Positions 1 to 10,700 of a stretch of DNA of 50,412 nt are shown one piece after another (within the stretch, counting starts at the first letter, position 1; each line of letters starts with the position of its first letter). A program made the translations under genes and the position numbers. Source of the stretch: Catajapyx aquilonaris (lineage: Eukaryota); assembly GCA_000934665.2 (NCBI GenBank), contig JYFJ02002965.1, positions 1 to 50,412 of the forward strand, written 5' to 3'. The notes under the pieces are model-generated. The model was not told the DNA's origin and ran no database searches. It saw nothing but the letters and a program-made list of their open reading frames with translations.

Positions 1-39
1 TATTTCAGATGTGTAAATAAAAATTCTGGGGTGCATTGT

Positions 40-87
40 GTTTTTTCTAATTAAAAAATGGACCTTACTTTCTGGATGCGCCTCGTA
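40..87. mobile_element. Terminal fragment of a mariner-like element (one TIR only)
   Basis: CCTTACTTTCTGGATGCGCCTCGTA ends at 87; its reverse complement TACGAGGCGCATCCAGAAAGTAAGG resembles mariner TA-CGAGG termini. The partner end would lie outside the window. Confidence 0.45.
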
Positions 88-159
88 ATAATAGAAACAT
101 GCTATGTTTTCATTTTTTATCCAAATAATGATGGCAAGAAATAGTTCACATTAACAAAA

Positions 160-330
160 AATGTATTTGAAATGTATTTACGAAAGTATTTAAATACTTT
201 TGATGTATTTAGTATTTAGTATCTAATTACTTTCTTGTGCAGTATTTAGTATTTAGCATTTAATTACATTTTTTTGCAGTAGTTAGTATTTAGTATTTAA
301 TTACATTCAAGTATTTAGTGCCCATCCCTG
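160..330. mobile_element. End of a non-autonomous DNA element with internal (A)GTATTT repeats
   Basis: Many GTATTT/AGTATTT units end in GTGCCCATCCCTG (reverse complement CAGGGATGGGCAC), a hAT-like terminus. Confidence 0.5.
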
Positions 331-754
331 TAGGTACTAGGGATTTTGTGGAAAAAAAGATAGTATGTTGCTACAAGTAGGGTGACAATACTCCGAAATG
401 AGCTGGCGATTCCCAATCTGCTGTACCAATCGCAATATCCCATGTAACTCCCCTAGCAACAAAAGTTGACTTTTTTGTATTACTAATGTTATTTTCAATA
501 CTCATGATGCTGCAGTGTTGATCTAATTAATAATTATAGAGAATTGTAAAAAAAAAATGATTATAGAGAGATATTTATCATCATCTTGGTATGATAGGAT
601 GCATTTCTATCTCACAGTATTTTCTGCATGAGAACTGCTTATACACAAGGTAGCAAAGAATTTGTACCTGATGTTTGACCTGAGAAACAGGTGTGCAGGT
701 TTAATAGATGTGCTGTGAAGAGAAGCAATGTTTTTCAAGCTATGATGATTTCAG

Positions 755-2896
755 GTTCTTTGGGTCTAATGACCTCTGTCCTGGTGTGCCCTGATGGCAA
801 AACAGTGGAAGCGGAAGCAGCTCATGGCACTGTGACACGCCATTACCGCATGCACCAGAAGGGAGAACAAACTTCAACCAATCCCATTGCCTCCATCTTT
901 GCCTGGACACGTGGCCTGCAGCACAGATCCCGTCTTGATTCCAACCCTTCTCTTGGCAGGTACGCAATCTTGGAAGCATGTGGTAGATAGGTAGAATAAT
1001 GACATGTGAACATATTGCACATTCTCAACTTTCAAGCCCAGATTTTCACTACTTACAGAACATGTATTTAAAAAGCTAATATTATTCTCATAAGCTAAAT
1101 CAGCTAATATTATTAGGAAGAACTTCCAATAAAGATTATCTTCATACACTGCAAAGTCAATCCTGGCAGGGATCCTTTCAAGCTGACCTCCTTGTGTCGA
1201 GTTTGACAATATTACACTTCATAAAAAAGAAGAGTAGGGTGTAGGCTACAGAGATGCGTTATATCCAGGCTGTTTGTGGGGTTGCTAAGTTGGATAAGAT
1301 TAGGAATGAGGAGATTTTGCAGAGGTGTAATGTTACGGAGACTGTTAACGATAAGGTGCATAGGTCTGCTCTAAGGTGGTTTGGCCATGTGGAGAGGATG
1401 AAGGAGGAGGAGATTGTGAAGAAGGTTTATTTGGGTGGGGTAGGTGGTAAGAGGGGCAAGGATAGGCCTAGGAAGACATGGTTGGACCAGGTGGGTCAGT
1501 GTCGCTAGTGATAAGCCTAGACGTTCATATGTCAATAGGACCATGGACGAGGCTAAGGTTGGTTGGATTTGGATAGGTGTAAATGGCGTAGGTTAATTAA
1601 TGGGTAAATAGGTATGTGGATAAGGCTTCCTTCGCTCCGGCGAGTAGAGGGGACGTCCCTGGCGGGGCCGATGAGGTGCAAGGATGGTGCCATACACGTC
1701 GGTGTGGTCAGGGCGTCCGGAGTAGTGGCTGGGGGCAGGGGGGGGAGGGGGACTTGATTTGGCCAAGTACCGCGTTGCTTAGTGTAATATTTCAATTTAT
1801 ATTCAATGTCTGTCGTCTGAGATGGGCAGGAGTGGGGGGTGGGACGGGTTGTTTATAGGTTTATTTTTACAAGTTTTAATGTAGTTTATATGTTGTGTTA
1901 GCTTGCGTCTCCCTTCATCGCTGACTATCCCTTATAGGGAAAAGCCATGATGGTGATGATGATGATGAATTTAAAAAATTATGTTTCATTATTTCTGTAA
2001 TTGTGAGATATGGGTTAGGGAGAATTTTGTGCCACTTTAAAAGTCACATAATTTGAAGACCTCGGGGGAAGAACGATCAAGGTCTACTTTTTGTCAAAAA
2101 TTAGCTACATATCTCCGAAGATAGTTTTACTAGCCTAGAATGTGGTGGTTTGGTCGTGGTTGTGGAGTAATGATCATAGGTCACTATGGAAGGCCCCAAA
2201 AGTGGGATTTACATATGGGCCTTCGAAATTTGAAATTGGATATCTCAGTTTCACCTGAGGTGGACTTTGATTGCTCTTCCCCCGAGGTCTTCATTGCAGT
2301 GGTTCTCAACCTTTTCCACATCAGGGCCCCTGGAAAGTAATTTCAGATATCGCGATGTGCCCCTGTGCCCCCTTTGCGCCCCACTGGTTGAGAACCGCTG
2401 ATTTAGTGCCATTGAGTGTTATGTTTTTAAAATGTTATTGTAAGGTACGAGTAAGTATGTACTGATGGGCACCACTTATTTTGGAAAGGAATCAAATCAT
2501 TCTGCAGTATTCAAATGAATGAATGAGGTGCAAGTCAGTTAACTAATTAATGAGCCTGAATGAAATTGAAGGGGAAATCAAATGCTAATGAAGTAAATGG
2601 GAACATTAAATTCAGCACTTAATTTTGTAGGAAAAGTGTGATTTGAGATGAATTAGGCAAATGGGAATTTAATGGTGAATTTAATTAATTTTCATTGTTC
2701 CTCTGTCCACTCCTGCAGGTTCTGTGAGAAGCTGGAGAAAGCTTGCATTGAATGTGTCGACTCAGGAAAGGTGACCAAAGATCTTGCTGCTTGCATCTAC
2801 GGCTTGAAGAATGTGAAGGAAGGATCCTTCCTGTACACCATGGACTTTTTGGAGGCCATTCGTGAACACCTGGATATACAAATGGCCACTCCTTGA
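755..2896 (+). CDS. Idh: NADP-dependent isocitrate dehydrogenase, last two coding exons (755-959, 2719-2896); C-terminus looks IDH2/mitochondrial-type; 5' part is outside the window
   Basis: [32 protein letters not shown]...[16 protein letters not shown] and TKDLAACI motifs. Acceptor tcag|755, donor 959|gtacgc and acceptor ctgcag|2719 join in phase 2. TGA at 2894-2896. Confidence 0.96.
1222..1968 (+). mobile_element. 5'-truncated RTE-clade LINE (end of ORF, 3'UTR and short-repeat tail) in the Idh intron
   Basis: ORF 1254-1508 has the post-RT motifs EMRY...DKIRNEEI...[10 protein letters not shown]...[13 protein letters not shown] degenerate DRCKWRRLI follows near 1570-1607. A (TGA)n tail lies at about 1948-1968. 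Confidence 0.85.
2054..2293. mobile_element. MITE with ~34-bp terminal inverted repeats
   Basis: TGAAGACCTCGGGGGAAGAACGATCAAGGTCTAC at 2054 is the near-perfect inverse of GTGGACTTTGATTGCTCTTCCCCCGAGGTCTTCA ending at 2293. No ORF inside. Confidence 0.75.
2297..2400. mobile_element. hAT/Charlie-type MITE, 104 bp
   Basis: TIRs CAGTGGTTCTCAACC ... GGTTGAGAACCGCTG (1 mismatch). No clean 8-bp target-site duplication. Confidence 0.8.
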
Positions 2897-5800
2897 TCAG
2901 GGTATTTTACAAAATGAGCAAGGTGGGGCTGCTTTGCCAGTTTGGAGCCCTCTTTCCTTTTCCCTTCACAGCTGACTACATGCCCCAAATTCTTTTGTTT
3001 CCCTCCTTTTCACCACAATTATGAACATGATGGGTACGGTATTACTGACTGATAATAACTGAATGCCAGGTTGGTCTTGTATGACAGAATCCTCAAAAGA
3101 TGATGGGATTAGAAATTGTTTTACGATTCAAGAACTGTCTCGCCTAATCTGAAGAAGTTCAATTTTGTTATTTATATACTTATTTATAAAAGCTTAGCCT
3201 GATTCTGCAGTATTTCACACATGCACGATTGATCTGATGGCAAAGGTACCGTTTACGTGTGATTGCCAATGTAAGGGATGAACTCCAAAGTAACAAACCC
3301 AAGTACAAAGTTGTTATGAATCTGATGGAAAAAAAAAATTTAATAAGAATGTAGCTTGTACCTGTCTAAATATTATTTTCTTAAATGGTGTGTTGTTGCT
3401 GTACACAATGGCTACTTGACCAATCAGGTTTGCATTTTATGAACGTACCTTGCTGGTTTGAGCATCAGACTGAAGGTTGACAATTACGTCTCAGAAGCAT
3501 GTTTAAAATTATTCTCTATTTAATTAGAAAGTGTTGTAGTGATGCACTAGTTACCAGAACGTATTGATGGGTGATATAAAAGCATCGGTTGTTCATTCCA
3601 ATCTGGTCTGCATCCAGTATGCAAGTGAAGTATCTAGCATAAAATCATGAAGCTATGTGAATTTGTGTCCAGTGTAGATGTGAATGTAGGGAAGAATTTA
3701 TTCACTATCTATTTACTGTATTCTCGACTCCTACAGATCACATAGCTGGAACATATATTTAATGTCACATCTCTGACCTCTGGATTGTTCCTAGTCAGGT
3801 AAATGCCTTGCACATACACTTAATTTATGAATAATATTTCAAGATGTAATTGTTTTGTTGAGCTGGAAGAGAGTCTTTCTCCTGGCACTGGCACATACAT
3901 TTTTTTGTCGTGGGGGGAATAAAGATAAATAAAGCCAGACCTTGTCTTGCTTTGTCCCGAAATGATTCTAGTTTATTTAAATGTCCTCCAGAAGTGCATG
4001 TGATACAGGTTTTCAAGCAGGTGTCATTTTGTCCTTGTCTATTTGCAACATACTAGATGGCAGGTTGTGGATTTTCTCCAATTCACAACCTCAATGCATG
4101 CTGACCAGTATGCAATGTTGCATTTGTCACTGTGGGATATTTTTATGCCATATTAATTTGTGTTTCATCCTAGATGCCTGTTGAAAAATACCTTTATTTC
4201 ATGTTTACTCTTCTCAGGTTGTAATTTTTTAGATAGAACAGGAGCTATCTTGAGACTGGGATGGCAGGTGACAAGGTGGAAGATCTTTTTTTAGTGGAAT
4301 TTACTGTCGTGGCATCATGGTTAGGATGTCCAGAAGGACCTTAGTTCCCATATGTGATTATACACCACAGGAAAATTCATGACTCCCATTTGGAGATCAT
4401 ATAAGCATTTGCAATTATGATGTCAGACAAGGAAAGGTCTGAGCTTCATGCCACTATCAATATTGTGCCTGTTAGGCTGCTGATGTCTCGGCAAGATTGA
4501 AGTTGTTGCAGAGTATAATTTGACATCACATTATTTGATATTATATGAATGGGCACAATGAAAGTTGCAGTTGGAATTGTAGCTCAGAAAAAAGGGTATG
4601 AGATGTCATCCCAATCTCATTTTTTTGTATAAAAATTGTGTTTTACTTTTATCAAGGTTCATATGAATGAGGGCCAAGGCCATACCCTAGATTTAAATAA
4701 TTGTAAAATGTGAATCACTAGCCATGTTTCCTTATTCTCAGCATTAAATACCACACTACCCCACATTGCCATTCTCTGGGCAATCTTGCAGGTGACTCTT
4801 TTCATGAAAATTAATCCCAGGACATATACGATCTGTCAGATTGATTCAGAGAACTGGCAAAAATAACATTTAAATTTTAACTGTCACCAGTTTTGATGCC
4901 ATTTATGAATTTGCCACTGTAACATTGTGAGAACATTCAGGCAGGTTGTTGGCACGCTTCCAGCACCAAAAAGCAGTGTTCACAATAGTTTTTCCTCTTC
5001 CTGATCAGTTCCTGATATTCACAGAGAAAAAAAAATGTTAGAAAATGCAATTCCAAGGTCAAGCTGAAGGCTGATATGGTGAGTTCACACCACATGTATT
5101 GTACTACAATAATGGGTCTTCAGGTCTGGATGATCACCATCATTAATGTTCTCATCACAAAAAAAAAGAAGTCATTTTTGTGCATGCCTGATTTTCATAT
5201 GGGCAGGATCAAAACATAAGCCATAAAAATACTCGTAGAATACATAATTATCTAGTGACCACTTACAAGTTAGACCCAAGTTTAGGCACTTAGAAAGAAT
5301 GTAAATCTGGGTAACTCCCACATCTGTTTGGATAGTTGTGTAAGATTGCCTTATCAACTGAGGTAAGACGGAGGTAACCTTCATTCCACAAGTAAGTTGC
5401 TATTACCCAATAAAACTCAACCAAAAAATTGAATTTTTGATCAGTTTGAAACCCACCCTGATGGCCGTCACGGTCCTCTAATCAGTCTAATGGGCTGCAG
5501 GTTGCACTTTGAGAATCACTGCAACTATTAACTCATAACATATTGGATCAAGTGAAAATGTCAACATGTTTTGTTGTTATGGAGGCATGTATATGTGTAA
5601 TTATTATTACCACTCAATCTCATTAAACCCAGGGACACACTTCTGGTACCTCAGCAGGTTTATTGATCTCACACCTCGCTCAGTATTAGTAGGGCATTTC
5701 TTTTTGGCAATTCTTGCCAAAATATGAAACAAAACTTAATTCTTGCCAGGTTCTGTGAAAGAATGCACAAGTGACATCAGTTCGCCAATAATTCAGTCCT

Positions 5801-6768
5801 GGTAGTTAATAGTTAATGTTGTGGATGTGGCTGCTGTTTTCCTGCCCTTTGGAACCAACTGTGGATGTTAAAAGTAGAGGTGTAATTAATAAGCACATTA
5901 ATTTTGTGTGTAGGCATGTGTTTTGCCCTCTTTTTAGGCCAGTTCAGCTTCCCTGGTGCACCCTTAGGTAACTCTGCTGAAGACTCTTATGAAGAATACT
6001 TATTCTTCGGTATTGCTTCATGCCGGTAGAAGGAAAAGGAAGAATGTATAGTACTAGTATCATACAATCCACGCATTGCTCTGTAAGTGTTTTTATGAGT
6101 CTTTGGCCTTGAGCAGTTCAAGACTGGATTGGCAAATGAGACAGCGTGGGAAATGCCCCTGCCACCTGAGCCATGGGGTTCAAAGCACATCGTTAACCAG
6201 GAACCATCGAGGTTGCGGAGGACGTTTACAGATTCGCACATGTAAATTAACCTCGAATTTCCAGACACGCGGTCTCCGCCGGGACTTGTGCAGCGCAGTG
6301 TATCTGTACGTGCGGAATGTCATTGTTATCAAACGGGAGACTACGATGGGTTCTGTGTGTTGAAGCAGATTTTTTATATATTTTTAAAGGTTTTCGAAAA
6401 CATATTCCGTAGCTACACAGACAGATATCAGATTTTTAAAACGGCGAATTATTATTTTTTATTCTTTTCTCACCTAATTTTGACCTCGCTATATGCTGAT
6501 TGTTGTATAGGGCGAAGAATACTGTTGTCCGATCCGCTTTTTGGCTTATCGTTATAATGAAGTGCCAAGCAAAATATAATGACATGCGGATGTTTGCTGC
6601 TCCTAACAAGTTCATTTTAATATATATTTTTTACAACTGTTACATGGTTGCATTGCACTGCATACTGGAATGAGTAGTACGTCATAATGATAACTAAAAA
6701 TTCCGATGCTGTTACAACTTACAAGGGGTAAGTCTGCGGTATAGTTCCGGGTGCAAGAAACCAAATTT

Positions 6769-7512
6769 GGGAAAATCCCTGATTATTATAGCTATTCGCA
6801 ATAGATAATCCGATATAATCTGATTTCATCCTTAATTCACAGCCCCTATAGGGGACATTCCGATAAGGTCACACTCGACTGGAGATAGCCCAAACTCAAC
6901 CTCTCGCAATGCGCAAATAGACACATTTTACTACGTTGGAAAATAGTGCAAACCAGATAGCGCATTATCCAGAATTGCGCAGGCCCACTTGCCAACAGGA
7001 TTTTCATCTACGAAATAATCACGTGAATTGCATTTCTAAGAAACCCATCCTTCATCGCACCTCTCAATTGAATAAGCGGATGCGCGATAGTGTTATTGCC
7101 GATCCCCAGCAATTTACGCTATGAATGAATAGTGTATATCTACCCCCCTTAGAACATGAGTTGGCACGATATCAGACACTACCAGGAGCCAACCGCCTCA
7201 GGCTCCACAGATAAACCACGCATTGTTTGCATGGGTAACCCCCCTGACATATATGCCTAGTGTAATTGCACGCTTTGTACGGTTTTTTTACATACACGAT
7301 CTAGGGAGGACGTGTTGAGTGTAGGCGTACCAACATCCTCAAGGACAGGGATGTGTCGGAAACAAAGCTATAGGTGCGGAAATGAGCACCTGTTTGGGGA
7401 TGTAGTGCAACACGCACACTTTTTCAGTCAACACGACCAGTATGGAAATGTGATGATGTCACGGCTGACCAGTGCTACGTCATATGCCGATAACCCTCGA
7501 CGGGGGAGATTT
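6769..7512. promoter_or_regulatory. Candidate NF-kB(Rel)/GATA immune enhancer upstream of the ITIH-like gene
   Basis: GGGAAAATCCC 6769-6779; GGGGACATTCC 6851-6861 abutting CGATAA; HGATAR sites at 6803, 6861, 6883, 6955, 7085, 7209 and 7488. Confidence 0.55.
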
Positions 7513-7677
7513 TCTGGCTGGCATCTTTCGTCTTCTAGGAATAGAGCGGAGTGCTGCTCTTTTGACGTGGTGGACCCTTCCCAGAAGCTGGTGACGTGAG
7601 GTGTGGCAACACGGGGGGCACTTGCCTTTCTTTGGCTGACAGAGGCCGCCCATTGGCCCTCGGAATGCCCCACCGCA

Positions 7678-7683
7678 TATAAA
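7678..7683 (+). promoter_or_regulatory. TATA box of the ITIH-like gene
   Basis: CATATAAAG flanked by GC-rich sequence, about 75 bp upstream of the signal-peptide ATG at 7757. Confidence 0.65.
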
Positions 7684-7756
7684 GGGCGCCGGCATTCAAT
7701 CACCCACACTCGAGCCTGGACTCTTGGAGCAATTGCACACTTGGTCCAGCACAAAG

Positions 7757-10700
7757 ATGTGGAGGACAACAGCAGCGATCGTGCTGCTCTTGGTGACAGT
7801 TGGCGACGTCACTGCCAAGAGCCTGGTGGCTGTCACCACCTTGGAACCAGCTACTGACTCTCCAGTTACGGTAACCCATTGTTGCTTATCAATGGTGACA
7901 GTAGGTGTTGGACACGCTTGCCACATTAGCTGTTGGCTGGATATGTCACATAGCCAGTGTGTATGTGTATCTCAGGGTGCACGCATAAAATTGTTGAGTT
8001 GGGATAGTGTATATCGGATGGTTAATAGCGGAGGTGGTTGGCCTGCAGAGTTGCAAAGCAGGAAAGGCGAGTTATTTCGCAGTGTGGAAGCCAAGGTCCA
8101 CGTCCTGGCGTGACCTCTCCTTGTTTCGGACTCGGGTTCGGGCAGACTGCTCATAAACCAGCTGCAGCACCCACCAGATGCATCACGCTTGGCTGGCTGG
8201 CTGGCTGGCATCACGATGCTGTCCGACGACAACAACCCTGGCCGTCCAGACTACTCTGCCCTTGTCATGCACTGCACGCTCTGGCCCGATCATGCTGTGC
8301 TTTAAATGAATCTGTCAATGGCATGGTTTTTGTAGTGAGAAGAATCATCTAGGAGAGGTTGACCAACGCGGGGTATCTGCTGGTTCTGTTAGGTCTGATA
8401 GCCTTTTGTGACTCCTCAGGGAATGATGGGAGATACCTCGCTCACTACGGTCCAACTTCAAAGCTGGCCAATCTCAGGGTTGAGCTGTCATATGCCGGTT
8501 GGTGCCCAATACCCCATCCAAAGGAAGAAGTTGTTTACTCCAGCAACCAGCGAAACTACTACACTGACAAGGGAATTGCATTCAACAGGTTGCTTCTCTT
8601 GATTGCTGGGATGAACAACATCTTCCCTTATTGAATTGGGAACACTGGCAGTACATCGCCCTGCCGGTATGATCACACAACCCGACAGGGATATCAAAAT
8701 ATTTGGAAATTTTCAAACATTTTGTAGAAAGGTCCTGTGTATATGTCTCACTGCAGCCGGAGCATTTTAGGCATTCACTGAAAGTGGTTTTTATTTAAAG
8801 TTGTCTGGAGGGAGGATCCCCGAACCTGTTCATGATTTGGCGGGGCCTGATACATGTACGACTTGGCTGTTTTTATGGCTGGAATTTATAACCGGTACCA
8901 GGAGCAATGGTATGGGCGCAATCCAACCGTGTTACTTCTTCGCTGGTAAATGCGCTGCATATTCAAGCAGTTGTGTGGAATTACTTATTCAGCATGTTGT
9001 GTAGCCTCTGGGGGTGTATATAGGGCTATTATTTGATGTGCCTTCATGTACTTAGTTACATTAATTTAATGATTACCCTGGATTTTGGTGTAGTTTGCAC
9101 TCGCTTTCGTCGGATTGACCTTATTTTTATTATCGTAAACAAACTTTGGCCTCATTTCACGCGACTTGTTGCCAGTCCTTTAATTTTTGACACGGTTTCT
9201 GGTACTCTCTGTGCTTCTTATCAGCTTTGCGTGTTTTTAAAAGGCTCATTTCTTTGATCCTAATATTACATTAAAATTCAGATTACAAACTCAAGTTTTG
9301 CAACCTTCATTACAGTATCAAACAGACGTTGCCATTATGCGCCACACGAAATAGCATGTGAGTGTGTGGTATGTTGATTGAAAAAAAAAAGAACTGGAAG
9401 CGTTTTTCTAAGAATAGTCGATGTTATTGTCATTTACTACCAACCGTATTGGGAAATATCGGTAGACATCTTCTCCAGGAGTTTATGTGACGTCTGCGTT
9501 ACAGATGCAGGTATTTAAATGTAGTTTATTAAACACTGCGATGTCAAGAGATTATGAAAGGATCAAATTGTTGTATATACTGTTTGAGACTAATGTGACT
9601 GTTGCGGAGCTTTATGCAACCTTTTATGAATCCAATATGGAAAGGCATCATAATTTGCCGGCGGGTGCTTATTTATATGCGCGGCGCAGTGAATATAACG
9701 AGTTGGTGATGACTTGCACACTGGAAAAAATGCCGCTCAGGGGTCAAGTTCAACTGTCTCTAGTGTCTAGTCGCGCACTTCGCATGCATAAGATACTGCA
9801 ACTCATAACTGCAGAGGGTTGCAAGGCTGCACAACATAAAATCTGGCACAATTCGTAGCTTCAATGTTGGTCTTGTTGCCATGCAATGTCTCTTTTATGA
9901 CTCATATGACCAAGCATATGACACTGTAGTAAGGTCAATGTGTGAGAATATAAAAGGCTTCACTTGCTTCTTTTGTCGCATTGTGAGGATAGTTATCATT
10001 CTTGAATGTCATCTTCATCACTTCAATTGTTCCAGTTTATTCGCGCACAGCAGTCTCACACACATATATATTTAGTTTATCTGCTTCATGTAGCTAGGTT
10101 ATTCATGTATGCATGTTCGTCAGTGTAATGGATATGCGTGCAATAGTATAAAATTCATTACATCCCAGCCCGAGGCGACAGACAAAACCGGTGATTTACG
10201 GAAGTAACTAGTGTTTGACGTAACTTCCAGGAAGAAACGTGTGCGGCCTTGGTCGTGAGGATGAAACTATTTGTCAGTGTTGTCCACGAGGAGCCTCTGG
10301 CGTAATGGACTTTGTTTTATCATGCAATGAGCATTTTCTCAAACCGTCACTCAGAGATAAAAGATCAAGGTCCTTGACAGGTGCCGGCCATACCGGTTCT
10401 GTAGCCCATAATATGAACTATAGCCAGAAAATTATTGCCTATGCCACGATGTTCTTTGCTGGATAGTTAGTCAAGGAGAAAATAATATTATGACAATAAT
10501 TGCTGTGATGATTGCAGGAATCTCAGGATATTATTCAGGATGGAGAAGTGGAGGAATGGATACGCGATGCAGCTTCAGAAGCACTCCCGGAAGGACAAAG
10601 GATAAAGCCCAAGGTGTTGAGCCTGGTCATAGACTCGGACATACGTTCGAGATACGCCAGAACGCACGTCAGCAGCCGCGTGGGCAACCCTGACCTCAAA

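Noticed and set aside
160..320. CRISPR-like repeat array
   Set aside because: Eukaryotic context; these are irregular 6-7 bp units without unique spacers.
2894..2917. Stop-codon readthrough of Idh adding a peroxisomal signal
   Set aside because: The context is TGA-TCA rather than TGA-CTAG, and the extension SGYFTK has no PTS1.
5987..6557. Overlapping ORFs at the CpG boundary as a small gene
   Set aside because: No recognisable motifs and no consistent splice structure.
8359..8634. 91-aa ORF with a hydrophobic N-terminus in ITIH intron 1
   Set aside because: Non-ATG start, no recognisable family and no phase-compatible splice sites identified; it cannot be supported without a search.
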